The notes: generated from the letters alone by a model not told the origin. DNA of 39,659 nt from Leptolyngbyaceae cyanobacterium (GCA_050331235.1 JBHJHA010000101.1:1-39659), one strand, 5' to 3'; shown: positions 8,870-19,004, counted from the first letter of the stretch. Numbers and translations: made by a program.

Positions 8870-10669
8870 ATGGATCACGCTGGCGACTCCCCAGAAAAAA
8901 TTCATCTTCCCCGCACCGACGAATCGGAAAACCTTAAACGCATTCGCCATACTTTTTCCCACGTGATGGCAATGGCCGTGCAGTCCATCTTTCCTAAGGC
9001 CCAAGTCACGATCGGCCCATGGATTGACTACGGCTTTTACTACGACTTTGACAGCCCAGACGCCTTTACAGAAAAAGATCTGAAGGCGATTAAAAAGCAG
9101 ATGATCAAGATCATTAATAAAGGGCTGCCGGTGGTTCGAGAAGAGGTCAGCCGTGAGGAAGCCAAACAGCGCATTGATTCATTGGGTGAGCCCTACAAGC
9201 TAGAGATTCTCGAAGATCTAAAGGAGCCCATCACGCTATATCACCTAGGAGATCAGTGGTGGGACTTGTGCGCGGGTCCCCACGTTGAAACTACCAAGGA
9301 GCTGAACCCTAAAGCCTTTGATCTGGAAAGTGTGGCGGGTGCCTATTGGCGAGGTGACTCCAACAAAGCCCAGCTCCAGCGAATTTATGGGACGGCTTGG
9401 GAGACCCCGGAGCAGCTAGCCGAGTATAAGCGGCGGCGGGAAGAGGCTAAGCGCCGCGATCACCGCAAGCTAGGAAAAGAGTTGGGGCTGTTTATTTTTA
9501 GCGATTCGGTAGGACCCGGTTTGCCTTTGTGGACGCCCAAAGGTACGTTGCTCCGCTCCACCCTCGAAGACTTTCTCAAGCAGGAGCAGGTCAAGCGTGG
9601 CTACCAACCCGTGGTGACCCCCCATGTAGGTCGTGTCGATCTATTCAAAACCTCGGGCCACTGGCAAAAGTACCGGGAAGACCTCTTTCCCATGATGGGG
9701 GAGTCAGAGTCAGAGGGCTTTGTGCTTAAGGCGATGAACTGCCCTTTTCATGTGCAAATTTATCAGTCGGAGTTGCGTTCCTATCGAGATCTGCCATTGC
9801 GGCTAGCCGAATTTGGGACGGTTTATCGATATGAGCAATCTGGAGAGTTGGGGGGACTAACGCGGGTACGAGGCTTTACCCAAGACGACGCGCACCTGTT
9901 TGTTACACCTGATCAGCTCGATGATGAATTTTTGAAGGTTGTGGACCTGATTCAGTCGGTGCTGAAAGCGCTGCAAATGGATAAGTCCTTCAAAGCGCGA
10001 CTGAGCTTCCGGGATCCAGATTCGGACAAATATATTGGCACCGATGAAGCTTGGGAAAAGGCCCAAAACGCCATTCGCCGAGCAGTCGAAACCCTGGGTA
10101 TGAATCATTTTGAAGGCATCGGTGAAGCAGCATTTTATGGGCCAAAGCTGGACTTTATCGTGCAGGATGCCCTAGAGCGGGAGTGGCAGTTGGGGACGGT
10201 GCAGGTTGACTATATCCTGCCGGAGCGATTTGATTTGCAATATGTAGCTGAGGATGGTAGCCGTCAGCGTCCGGTGATGATTCACCGGGCACCATTTGGT
10301 TCCCTAGAGCGACTCATCGGCATCTTGATTGAAGAGTATGCAGGGGATTTTCCGGTTTGGTTGGCTCCAGAACAGATTCGTTTGCTACCGGTGACCAGCG
10401 AGCTGATGGGCTTTGCTCAGCAAGTTGTCGAAAAAATGCAGGCCGAAGGTATTCGAGCCGCGGTTGATATGAGTGGCGATCGCCTCGGCAAACTCATCCG
10501 CAATGGCGAAAAAGGCAAGATTCCCATCATGGCGATTGTTGGCGCTAAGGAGCAGGAAGCGGATGCCTTGAGCATTCGGACGCGTGCGGATGGCGAATTG
10601 GGGGCTATTCCCGTTGATGAAGTGATTGCTCGGCTGCAGGCAGCGATCGCTACCCACGGCAATTTCTAA
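8870..10669 (+). CDS. thrS: Threonine--tRNA ligase
   Basis: RIRHTFSHVMA, WWDLCAGPH editing motif, RDHRKLGKEL, KAMNCP, RYEQSGELGGLTRVRGFTQDDAH, AFYGPKLD, MIHRAPFGSLERL, C-terminal anticodon-binding domain. Confidence 0.98.
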   Translation: MDHAGDSPEKIHLPRTDESENLKRIRHTFSHVMAMAVQSIFPKAQVTIGPWIDYGFYYDFDSPDAFTEKDLKAIKKQMIKIINKGLPVVREEVSREEAKQRIDSLGEPYKLEILEDLKEPITLYHLGDQWWDLCAGPHVETTKELNPKAFDLESVAGAYWRGDSNKAQLQRIYGTAWETPEQLAEYKRRREEAKRRDHRKLGKELGLFIFSDSVGPGLPLWTPKGTLLRSTLEDFLKQEQVKRGYQPVVTPHVGRVDLFKTSGHWQKYREDLFPMMGESESEGFVLKAMNCPFHVQIYQSELRSYRDLPLRLAEFGTVYRYEQSGELGGLTRVRGFTQDDAHLFVTPDQLDDEFLKVVDLIQSVLKALQMDKSFKARLSFRDPDSDKYIGTDEAWEKAQNAIRRAVETLGMNHFEGIGEAAFYGPKLDFIVQDALEREWQLGTVQVDYILPERFDLQYVAEDGSRQRPVMIHRAPFGSLERLIGILIEEYAGDFPVWLAPEQIRLLPVTSELMGFAQQVVEKMQAEGIRAAVDMSGDRLGKLIRNGEKGKIPIMAIVGAKEQEADALSIRTRADGELGAIPVDEVIARLQAAIATHGNF

Positions 10670-10696
10670 TGCGCTTTCGGGGCTGTTTATTTCCGC

Positions 10697-10728
10697 AGTG
10701 CCAGAGATGATTCTGTCTTTGGCACTTT
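10697..10728 (+). terminator. Terminator-like hairpin after thrS
   Basis: AGTGCCAGAGA / TCTTTGGCACT stem (one G-U) followed by TT, 28 nt after the thrS stop. Confidence 0.5.
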
Positions 10729-10928
10729 GAGTGGTTTAGTTGCCTGGCAGTGTTTGGCCTTGGCGTGTCCAATTTCCAAATCCTGTGAATCCGGGTGACA
10801 CACATCAATCTCATCCCCCGACCCCCATTGAGAAGAAGGCAATTCCATGCCTATGGGCTTGGCCACCTTTCCAAGAGGGCAGCGATAGTGGGAAGCTTCA
10901 ATCTGTAGTGCTTTTTGTAGGGTCGGTA

Positions 10929-11804
10929 TTAGCTAGCTGCGGCCCACGAACTTGAAAACGCACGACGGGTATGGCGGCGGCGATGCCAGTAAGACGGAAA
11001 GCGCTCGGGAATGTACTGGTGATCGAGCCAGGTCTGAAATTCCTCTAGCGCGGCTTTGGGATAAACATATTTTCGGGGGCATGACCAATCGTGATGGTCC
11101 GACTGCGGCAGAGGAAAGCGATCGCCGTAGCGTTGGTCAATGCCCTGAAGGCTCCAATACCGATTCCAGGCTTTATCGATGTGGGTGTGGGTACCTAGGG
11201 GGGGCACGGGCGATCGCCCGTGCAACAGCGATCGTTGCCCAGTCTCTGTAATGAGTTGAATCACGCTGAAATATCCGACGGGAATCCCGTTGCGCAGGGG
11301 CCGATCTTGAAAAGGATTGGATCTCGGCTCGGCACTTTCCGGGTTGGCGGGGGACTCAGGCTGACCGATAACGGCATTCACGATGAACTGAGGCAACTGC
11401 TTTTCGCTAAGCACCCGAAGGCTGTTGCGAGCGGCTTCCTTGTTCGCCTCAAAGGCGTAATAGTCTAAAAAGGCCAGACACACCTGATAAGGGTAGGCCG
11501 AGACATTAGCTCGACCACTAAATATTGTTCCTTCGGGGATGGGGATGAACAGGCGATCGCCTTGGTAACGGTAGGTGAGAAGCAGCTCAGCTAGCTTACC
11601 GGCTCGGTGGCGATCGCCAAGGTGAGGCGTCATTTCTCCCCACCCTACCAACGTACTATTTGAAATGCCACAAGCCCGCGCCAGCTCTCGCCCGGACATA
11701 AACGGAATGCCATTGGGCAAAATACCGATTTCAACGGGCAGCTTTACCCCTTCAATCGATTGGACAACTTCCAAAACTGGGGAGGCACATTCCAAACTAG
11801 ACAT
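10929..11804 (-). CDS. bstA: BstA-family (KilA-N-like DNA-binding) protein; homologue of the phage abortive-infection protein BstA, divergent
   Basis: Motif order matches the BstA family as I recall it: VEIGILPNGIPFMSGRELARACG, SAYPYQVCLAFLDYYAFEA, FQDR...IPVGYFSV, WNRYW...YGDR, VYPKAALEEFQTWLDHQYIPERFPSY. ATG at 11804 gives 291 aa (track start 11858 is non-ATG). Recognised from memory, not by search. Confidence 0.7.
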   Translation of the reverse strand: MSSLECASPVLEVVQSIEGVKLPVEIGILPNGIPFMSGRELARACGISNSTLVGWGEMTPHLGDRHRAGKLAELLLTYRYQGDRLFIPIPEGTIFSGRANVSAYPYQVCLAFLDYYAFEANKEAARNSLRVLSEKQLPQFIVNAVIGQPESPANPESAEPRSNPFQDRPLRNGIPVGYFSVIQLITETGQRSLLHGRSPVPPLGTHTHIDKAWNRYWSLQGIDQRYGDRFPLPQSDHHDWSCPRKYVYPKAALEEFQTWLDHQYIPERFPSYWHRRRHTRRAFSSSWAAAS

Positions 11805-12386
11805 AGCAGCGAACACATAACAGGAGAGGATGAGGGAACCACTACTAGTGTTCAGCAATGATGTCGGCAGACGCTAGATGTAGAGCCCTACCAGTATTTA
11901 TAGCGCACATTGCTGATGTATGGCGCTATTTCTGGAGCGTATTCGTGGTCTGTCGTTCCCCTTTAGCAGAGTGACAGATACATCAACGCCATCACCTGTT
12001 TGGAGAGATTATGGGCCACTCGACAGCCGTCGACGTGGTTTGGCTGCTAGTTGAGCGAGCCGGGCTGGTAAAAGATATCGACGCTTTATCGCATCTTTAT
12101 CTTTTTCAATAGAGAAAAATATCTTCGGCAACCTCTTTAAATACCTAGTTAAACATTTTTAGATAGCAGAAATTTCGTATTTAAAAAATAAAATAGAACG
12201 AGCATTTTCAGTGATGAAAATATTTCAGGGCTATATATTTAGTGATCAATAGAATGTCTTTGGCAGCTGGGAGCGTCGGAGGAAAGATTAGCCAATGAAA
12301 GTGAAAATATGTGATCTGCGTCGCCAAATCCACCAGCGCCTTGGTATACAATGAAACAGAGAATTTCATATAGCGATCGGGGTTTC

Positions 12387-13523
12387 ATGGAAGATAATAA
12401 TCGTCGCGATCCACGGGTTTTAGTGATTTCAGTGCGTGGGTATCGCTTTCAAGCGGCTAACTGCTGTATTTATGAGCTGGAAGATTTACTTTGCAACCTT
12501 GAAAATGCCGATTTATACACGCCGCCCGGCGAATTTGAGTTTGCCAGAAAGATTTATCGGACTACAAAATACCTCACAGGGTCTGACCAGCTAGCGGGGT
12601 CTATTGCTCCTTTTCCTGATGGAAAGGTACTAGATCAAGAGTACGATTTGCTGATTGCCGTTCTTGATAACGCTTGGCAAATGCACCTGCTGGAGTCTAT
12701 CAAAGGATGGCGCGATAAATGTCGCTATAAGACCTGTTACATTGCCGAGGTTTGGGGGCCAGATTTTGATGGGTGGCGTTTGGCGAAAGAACCGTTCAAC
12801 AGTTTCGATCACGTATTCCTGGGGGTGACTCACTGTGTCGAAACCGTTGCTAATGCAACTGGGGTTCCTTGTTCCTATGTGCCTCCGGCCGTCGATACTT
12901 TGAAGTTTTCTCCCTATCCCAATCCACCCGAGCGATTAATTGATGTTTGCTATGTTGGCCGTCGCTCTTCACAAATTCATCAATCGCTTTATCAGCATTC
13001 GCAAAACACAAACTTTTTCTACTACTACGACACTGTAAAAAGTCAGCGATTAGAGGTGGAGAACTTTGAAGAGCACCGAGCTAAGCTGATCAGCCTTTTT
13101 CAGCGGAGTCGGTACAATGTTACCTATTATGCAAAGTTTAATGCTACCCAAGAAACTGGCGGTACTCAGGAAATTGGCTATCGGTTTTTTGAAGGAGCCG
13201 CTGCCGGAACTGTCATGATCGGAATGCCTCCGGCTGGCGAAGCTTTTCCTCGCTATTTTGATTGGGAAGACGCAGTGGTCAAGGTGGATCTGCATCAGCA
13301 GAATATTGTGGATGCGATCACTGAACTAGACCAACAGCCAGAAAGACTAGAGCGCATTCGGCGACGCAATATTGCTAACTCTTTGCTAAAACATGACTGG
13401 ATGTATCGTTGGCGAGATATGCTCGCGGTCTTTGATTTAGAACCGGGCCAAGCTGCCCGCGAAAGGGAACAAAAATTGAAGTCATTAGCGAACAGCCTGT
13501 TACCCCAAGAAGTCGAAGTTTAG
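12387..13523 (+). CDS. Glycosyltransferase, CgeB/Glyco_trans_1_2-like (GT-B)
   Basis: PPAVDTLKF, IDVCYVGRR, EIGYRFFEGAAAGTVMIG, LLKHDWMYRW. Start is ATG 12387 or 12351. Confidence 0.8.
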   Translation: MEDNNRRDPRVLVISVRGYRFQAANCCIYELEDLLCNLENADLYTPPGEFEFARKIYRTTKYLTGSDQLAGSIAPFPDGKVLDQEYDLLIAVLDNAWQMHLLESIKGWRDKCRYKTCYIAEVWGPDFDGWRLAKEPFNSFDHVFLGVTHCVETVANATGVPCSYVPPAVDTLKFSPYPNPPERLIDVCYVGRRSSQIHQSLYQHSQNTNFFYYYDTVKSQRLEVENFEEHRAKLISLFQRSRYNVTYYAKFNATQETGGTQEIGYRFFEGAAAGTVMIGMPPAGEAFPRYFDWEDAVVKVDLHQQNIVDAITELDQQPERLERIRRRNIANSLLKHDWMYRWRDMLAVFDLEPGQAAREREQKLKSLANSLLPQEVEV

Positions 13524-13534
13524 AGTTGTTATAG

Positions 13535-13570
13535 AAAAGGTGGTTGAGGATTTCCCCAACCACCTTTTTT
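13535..13570. terminator. Bidirectional rho-independent terminator
   Basis: AAAAGGTGGTTG-AGGATTTCCC-CAACCACCTTTTTT between the convergent glycosyltransferase and lhgO, with A tract before and U tract after. Confidence 0.85.
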
Positions 13571-13723
13571 GACCGAGTCTGCGTAATAACGCTACAGATA
13601 AGGTAAGGCTCTGCTGTTGCTACGGGGGCTGGTAATTCAATCGAGCTTTCCCTTTTTCAAGGGAGAACTCCAAGAATATCTTTAGGGCGCTGACATGTTG
13701 TCCAACTTTGAGGGCAACTTGAG

Positions 13724-14911
13724 CTAGTTGAGGTGAATCCGAGCCGTGATCGCCCGCCCAATTTCTAGAGATGAGGTGGCTGCTGGGGAGGGTGCATTAC
13801 AAACATGCAGCGCTCGTTCCCTTTCGATGAGTGAAAAATCGCTGACTAAGTTGCCATTAGGCGATAGTGCTTGGGCTCTCACCCCCGCTGCGGTCGGCAC
13901 GAGATCGGCAGCTGTGACTTCTGGAATGAGTCGCTGCAAACTGCGCACAAAAGCAGCTTTGTTGAGGGAGCGATAGATTTCTCGCAGTCCTTCGTCGGCG
14001 TGTTTGAATGCCAGCTTCCAAAATCCTGGATAGGTGAGGACATCAGCGGTATCGCTGAGGGAAAAGTCGGTCTTACGATAGCCTTCTCGCTTGAGACTCA
14101 GGACGGCGTTGGGTCCGGCATGGACGCTACCGTCGATCATACGAGTGAAATGGACACCCAAAAACGGAAAGTCAGGGTTGGGAACAGGATAAATCAGTCC
14201 CTTCACCAGATGGCGTTTTTCGGGAACCAGCTCGTAATATTCACCGCGAAACGGAACGATTTTGGCGTCCGGTTGAGCCCCTTCAAGACGGGCAACGCGA
14301 TCGCTAAACAGGCCCGCACAATTGATTAAAAAGCGAGTGGCAAACTCTCCCCCAGTAGTCATGAGCCGATAGCCCTCAGCGGTTTGCTGCAGCCCCTCGA
14401 CCCGAGTGTTGTGCTTTAGGTCCGCCCCCTGCTGGGTCGCAAGGGCCGCATAGGCGTCGCAAACCTGTTTGTAATCAACAATTCCAGTGGATTCCACGTA
14501 AATGCCGGCCAAGCACTCAACATGGGGCTCGATTTCTTTGACCGCTTCGGGCGAGAGCATGGTGACTTTGATGCCGTTTTGCTGCCCGCGTCCATGCAGC
14601 TTTTCCAGGCGAGGAAGCTCCTCTGGCGCTGTGGCGATGATAACTTTGCCGCAGATGTCATAGTCAATGTCATTAGCAGCGCAAAAGTCAGCCATTGAGG
14701 CGCAGCCGTCGCGGCAAAATTTTGCCTTAAAGCTGCCAGGTTTGTAGTAAATGCCAGAGTGAATAACGCCACTATTGTGGCCAGTCTGGTGATGCCCCCA
14801 AGTGGCTTCTTTTTCTAGCAGGAGGATTTTGGCGTTGGGGTAGGACTGGCCTATAACCATAGCGGTTGATAGCCCCACAATCCCCCCCCCTACAATGGCG
14901 ACATCGTACAT
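13724..14911 (-). CDS. lhgO: L-2-hydroxyglutarate oxidase (FAD-dependent)
   Basis: DVAIVGGGIVGLS, HQTGHNSGVIHSGIYYKPGS, PFRGEYY, IYPVPNPDFPFLGVHFT, AGVRAQA, NAPSPAATSSLEIG. Confidence 0.93.
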   Translation of the reverse strand: MYDVAIVGGGIVGLSTAMVIGQSYPNAKILLLEKEATWGHHQTGHNSGVIHSGIYYKPGSFKAKFCRDGCASMADFCAANDIDYDICGKVIIATAPEELPRLEKLHGRGQQNGIKVTMLSPEAVKEIEPHVECLAGIYVESTGIVDYKQVCDAYAALATQQGADLKHNTRVEGLQQTAEGYRLMTTGGEFATRFLINCAGLFSDRVARLEGAQPDAKIVPFRGEYYELVPEKRHLVKGLIYPVPNPDFPFLGVHFTRMIDGSVHAGPNAVLSLKREGYRKTDFSLSDTADVLTYPGFWKLAFKHADEGLREIYRSLNKAAFVRSLQRLIPEVTAADLVPTAAGVRAQALSPNGNLVSDFSLIERERALHVCNAPSPAATSSLEIGRAITARIHLN

Positions 14912-14995
14912 GTTAGCCCCAGCAACAAATCAATCTAGTCAAACCGTTTAAACCTGACGACCTAGGCTGCATCGTTGCGGCCCAAGTCGTTAGGT

Positions 14996-16243
14996 TTAGC
15001 CTAGGCGAGTCAGCTCATCTCCCAAGGCGATCAGCTCAGCTTTGACTCCCATGTCATCCAGCATCTTCTGAATTTCTGGACGATAAATGCCGTTCATAAT
15101 GACGATGCGATCAGGCTGATAGCGGCTGAGAAACTCAGGCGATTTGATTTCTTTGCCGACTCCGGGGATGAACTTGCCGTGTCGGTGGGGATTGATGTCA
15201 ACCACGTAATCGATCTTGTCGATGGTATTCAAGGTGCTTAAAAACGCTACGCATTTTGAACCAGAGCCCCAAACGACAACTTTATCGCCCGACTTTTGCC
15301 AGTGTTCTAGCTGATTTTTCCACCAGCCCAGCTTTTGCACGATTAGCCGGTTGAAGACTTCCACGTACTGAGCCGTTTGCTCAACAGTTTCCTCCAGGGG
15401 ATGGAGCGTCCGCCCTAGAGATTGCACAGGAGTGGCTTCAATAAACAGATACTGATCGCCGTAGTCAAGATATAAATCGTCGACTTCGAAGTCACAGGAG
15501 CGGAAGAGGCGGGCTAAGGAACCGGGAGTGAAATAGGAGCAGTGCTCATAGTAAATGTCTTCGAAGGCGGCTTCTTTTAACACCCGAACCGTATCGGGAA
15601 TTTCAAAAAAGATGGGAGTTTGGCGATCCCCGATAGATTTACGGACCGTATTCAAAAAGTCAAAGGTCGGGTGGATATGCTCTAAGGTGTGGCGGCAGCA
15701 AACGAAGTCACCGACATACTCGGAGTATTTTTCGGAGTAGTAATCTTGAATGAAAGTCACTCGATCAGCCGCTTGACTAGCAACTCTACCGGGAATAGCG
15801 CTGGGGTCAATGCCGATGCCAGTATTGTTGCCTAACTCGCACAGTAGGTAAAGAAAATCACCCTTGCTACAGCCAATTTCCACAACGTTTTTACTGTGCA
15901 AATCGTATTTGTCAATGAGCCGATTGGCCAGCTTGACGGCAAAATTATTAAACGTGGGCGAAAAGCTTTGCTGGTCTTCATAGTTGGGCGCGTAGGCTGA
16001 CCACTTAGAGTCAAAAACTGTGTTGGTGATAAAGCCACATTTTTCACAAAAGCCAAGGGACAGATCGCCACAGGGAAAGTCTAAGGCTTCTGCTTGGCTG
16101 TTCATCATCAGGCAGCTATGGACAGGAATTTGCTGCACTTCATAAAAAATAGTTAGGTGGTGGTGACCACAGTTGGGGCAGGGGTGAGCAACGGTCGTTT
16201 GACCAACTTTTGTGGCGGGCTGAGCGTAGTTTTGCATCATCAT
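14996..16243 (-). CDS. NDP-hexose C-methyltransferase-like SAM-dependent methyltransferase (N-terminal Zn finger)
   Basis: CPNC...FCEKCG Zn ligands, VVEIGCSKG, GIDPS, HTLEHI, IYYEHCSYF, VWGSGSK, VVDINPHRHGKFIPG. Confidence 0.85.
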   Translation of the reverse strand: MMMQNYAQPATKVGQTTVAHPCPNCGHHHLTIFYEVQQIPVHSCLMMNSQAEALDFPCGDLSLGFCEKCGFITNTVFDSKWSAYAPNYEDQQSFSPTFNNFAVKLANRLIDKYDLHSKNVVEIGCSKGDFLYLLCELGNNTGIGIDPSAIPGRVASQAADRVTFIQDYYSEKYSEYVGDFVCCRHTLEHIHPTFDFLNTVRKSIGDRQTPIFFEIPDTVRVLKEAAFEDIYYEHCSYFTPGSLARLFRSCDFEVDDLYLDYGDQYLFIEATPVQSLGRTLHPLEETVEQTAQYVEVFNRLIVQKLGWWKNQLEHWQKSGDKVVVWGSGSKCVAFLSTLNTIDKIDYVVDINPHRHGKFIPGVGKEIKSPEFLSRYQPDRIVIMNGIYRPEIQKMLDDMGVKAELIALGDELTRLG

Positions 16244-16311
16244 GGATTATGGAAATGTGTAATCGGTCTGGAGTTGGCGCGATGCCGCAAAATGCCTGAG
16301 TAAGTAGTTAC

Positions 16312-17541
16312 CTAAACAACTCGAGGGCTGGGAATCGGAATGATGAACTGACCACCCTGTTGGCGATATTCCGACTGCTGACTCATGATTTCTTCCGCAA
16401 AGTTCCACGCCAAAATCAGAACGTAGTCAGGCTGATCTTCAAGCAGCTTGGTTGGCGCAAAAATCGGCAGGTGATTGATGCTCATAAAGCGGCCCTGCTT
16501 GAAAGTGTTGAGATCGACGACGTAGTCCACTAGGGTCTTGTCAATATCGGCATAGCTCAGCAAGGTGGTGGCTTTGGCCGCGGCACCGTAGGCAGCGACG
16601 GTTTTGCCTTGGCGTTTCAGTTCCCAGAGAATCTCAAGCAAGTCGCGTATGACATGCAAAACGCGATCGCCAAACTCTCGATAGTAATCCAAGCGATCGA
16701 CGCCGGCTTTAGACTCTTGATCTAGCAGCGTTTGCACAGATTCGCTGGTAGCCTCGCGGGGTTCAACAAATAGCCGTAGGGAACCGCCGTGGATCTTGGT
16801 GCGCTGGACATGGTTCAAAAATAGGCCATGGCGTCTAAACAACCGATCCAGCGCCGTGATCGAAAAGTAGCAAATATGCTGGTGGTAAATGGTGTCAAAT
16901 TCGCAGTGGTCAATCAAATCCACCACATAGGGAGCCTCAATGACGGCGACCCCAGTGGATTTCAGCAGAAGTTTGATGCCAGCGACAAAGCCATTGAGAT
17001 CAGGCACATGTGCCAAAACGTTATTGGCCAAGAAGACATCCGCTTGCTTGCCCTCATCTCGCAGTTGTTGAGCGAGCTCCTTGGTGAAAAAAGTATGCAG
17101 CGTTGGGACTCCTTTGGCTTGGGCCGCCTCAACTGGACCCGCGGCGGGGGCGATCCCTAATACCGGAATGCCCTGCTCAACAAAGTTTTTGAGCATGTAG
17201 CCGTCATTACTCGCTGCCTCAATTACGAAACTATTTTCCCCAAGCTGACGATCTTGAATGATGGCGGCAGCGCTGTTGCCAAAGTGCTTGAGTAGGGAAG
17301 GCGAAACGGACGAAAAGTAAGGATAATCCTGACAAAACAGTATTTCAGGGGAAACCGTATTGGTGATTTGAGCCAATCCACAGTCTGGACAAAAAGATAA
17401 GTCCAATGGCGCTGTATATTCTGGTTCACTCAGCTGCTCTGGAGTGAGAAGGTTATCGGCTAGCGGTGTATAGCCAAAGTCAATTACTAACTCAAGGTTG
17501 GAATTATGACAAGAACGGCAGGTCTTATGATGTATTGGCAT
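16312..17541 (-). CDS. NDP-hexose 3-C-methyltransferase (C-methyltransferase family, Zn finger)
   Basis: CRSC...[79 protein letters not shown] 17541 with AAGGTG upstream (alternative GTG 17553). Confidence 0.9.
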   Translation of the reverse strand: MPIHHKTCRSCHNSNLELVIDFGYTPLADNLLTPEQLSEPEYTAPLDLSFCPDCGLAQITNTVSPEILFCQDYPYFSSVSPSLLKHFGNSAAAIIQDRQLGENSFVIEAASNDGYMLKNFVEQGIPVLGIAPAAGPVEAAQAKGVPTLHTFFTKELAQQLRDEGKQADVFLANNVLAHVPDLNGFVAGIKLLLKSTGVAVIEAPYVVDLIDHCEFDTIYHQHICYFSITALDRLFRRHGLFLNHVQRTKIHGGSLRLFVEPREATSESVQTLLDQESKAGVDRLDYYREFGDRVLHVIRDLLEILWELKRQGKTVAAYGAAAKATTLLSYADIDKTLVDYVVDLNTFKQGRFMSINHLPIFAPTKLLEDQPDYVLILAWNFAEEIMSQQSEYRQQGGQFIIPIPSPRVV

Positions 17542-17815
17542 CGATATCAGCACCTTTAACGCTTAAATATACGGTTCGACTGATGAGCAATTCGTCGTGA
17601 ATGCCAGTCAACGCTCATGGCCTTTGGCCATTCAATTAAATTAGTCGCCACGACAATGTTGGCGTTGACTGCATTCACTCAATCAACTCTATTCATCGGT
17701 TGCAGCCTTGGCCTGGCAACCGCCAAGTATTGGATCTTTCTGACCCTAAAACGGGAGAGCAGCCCAGACCTGCGATTAACAAAGCTGCGATTGCAGGCCT
17801 AGCTGGACTCGTTTG

Positions 17816-18865
17816 CTAGGTCAGGCTACCTGCCAGGGTTCTGGCTGACCACCGCAGATCGTTATCAATCTTCTGCTCGCTGAGCAACTTTTTGATGTGC
17901 GCAATGCGCTGATAGCGGGGACCTTCAAACTCTTCTAGGGTCAAGCCCACTGCTTGGTAGGCTTTATAAAGCTCTTGGGCACCCAGACGGGCAGTCCATT
18001 GGGGCTTGAACTCAGGCAATGTCTTCAAGATTTTGCTGCAGTCGACTCGATAGCAGCGTTTGTCAGGGCCACCATCGGGGGCGTATTCAATCTCGCACCC
18101 TGGGACAGTTTCCTTCACAATGTCGGCCAAATCGCGAATCTGATAATTGTCTTCGTTACGTCCGACATTGAACGCTTCGTTGTGCACCAGCTCGCGGGGG
18201 GCATGCATCACTGCAATAAAGGCCCGGGAAATGTCACCAATGTGAACAATGGGCCGCCAGGGAGTGCCATCGCTCTTGATGTAAACGCGCCCAGTGGTAA
18301 ATGCCCAGGCCACGAGGTTGTTAAGCACGAGGTCAAATCTCAGGCGAGGAGACACGCCGTAGGCCGTCGCATTTCGCAGGAAGGTCGGGCTGAAGTCGTC
18401 GCCAGCTAGTTGCGCAACGTCTCGTTCCACCATGACTTTAGATTCGCCATAGGGGGTGACAGGGTTAAACGCTGACGATTCATTAAGCCAGTCTTCTCCC
18501 CCGGCTCCATAGTTGCTGCAGGAGGAAGAAAAAATGAAGCGAGAAACCTTTGCCTGTTTGGCTAGCTTGGCTAAGTGAACCGAAGCCTCATGGTTGATCT
18601 GGTAAGTCAAGGCGGGGTTTAAGTTGCCTAAGGGATCATTGGAAAGGCCCGCCAAGTGTAGAACGACATCGAAACCATCCAGGTCGCTCAGCTCGATATC
18701 TCGAATGTCTTTGCGTAGTTCAGGAATTTCTGGAATGCCTGTGCCAAAAGTACTCTGTTCATATAGGTCACTGTCAATGCCAAACACCTCATGTCCTTCG
18801 GCCAACAGCATAGGAACTAAAACCGTCCCGATATACCCTTTATGTCCAGTCAACAGTACGCGCAT
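17816..18865 (-). CDS. NAD-dependent nucleotide-sugar epimerase/dehydratase (extended SDR)
   Basis: TGHKGYIG dinucleotide motif, [23 protein letters not shown] (YxxxK), RNATAYG. Confidence 0.9.
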   Translation of the reverse strand: MRVLLTGHKGYIGTVLVPMLLAEGHEVFGIDSDLYEQSTFGTGIPEIPELRKDIRDIELSDLDGFDVVLHLAGLSNDPLGNLNPALTYQINHEASVHLAKLAKQAKVSRFIFSSSCSNYGAGGEDWLNESSAFNPVTPYGESKVMVERDVAQLAGDDFSPTFLRNATAYGVSPRLRFDLVLNNLVAWAFTTGRVYIKSDGTPWRPIVHIGDISRAFIAVMHAPRELVHNEAFNVGRNEDNYQIRDLADIVKETVPGCEIEYAPDGGPDKRCYRVDCSKILKTLPEFKPQWTARLGAQELYKAYQAVGLTLEEFEGPRYQRIAHIKKLLSEQKIDNDLRWSARTLAGSLT

Positions 18866-18970
18866 AAATACAGTTCTCCCAAAATATTGATATGTGGCCT
18901 AAAGGAAAAAGAAGGAAAAAGACACAACCTACGCACTAAAAAGATTGCAACGGAGTGAATGATTCCCCGA

Positions 18971-19004
18971 CTTCCCCCTTTCCCTTGATAAAGGGAAGGG
19001 GGAG
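18971..19004. repeat. Polypyrimidine/polypurine hairpin (REP-like or intra-operon stem-loop)
   Basis: CTTCCCCCTTTCCCTT-GATA-AAGGGAAGGGGGAG; related hairpin CTTTCCCTT-TTTC-AAGGGAGAA at 13646-13667. Confidence 0.55.

Noticed and set aside
10670..12350. Prophage or integrative element around the BstA-like gene
   Set aside because: No integrase, att-like duplication of the thrS 3' end, or phage genes seen.
17580..17610. CTGATGAG resembling a hammerhead ribozyme core
   Set aside because: No GAAA after the putative stem II and no compatible stems I/III.
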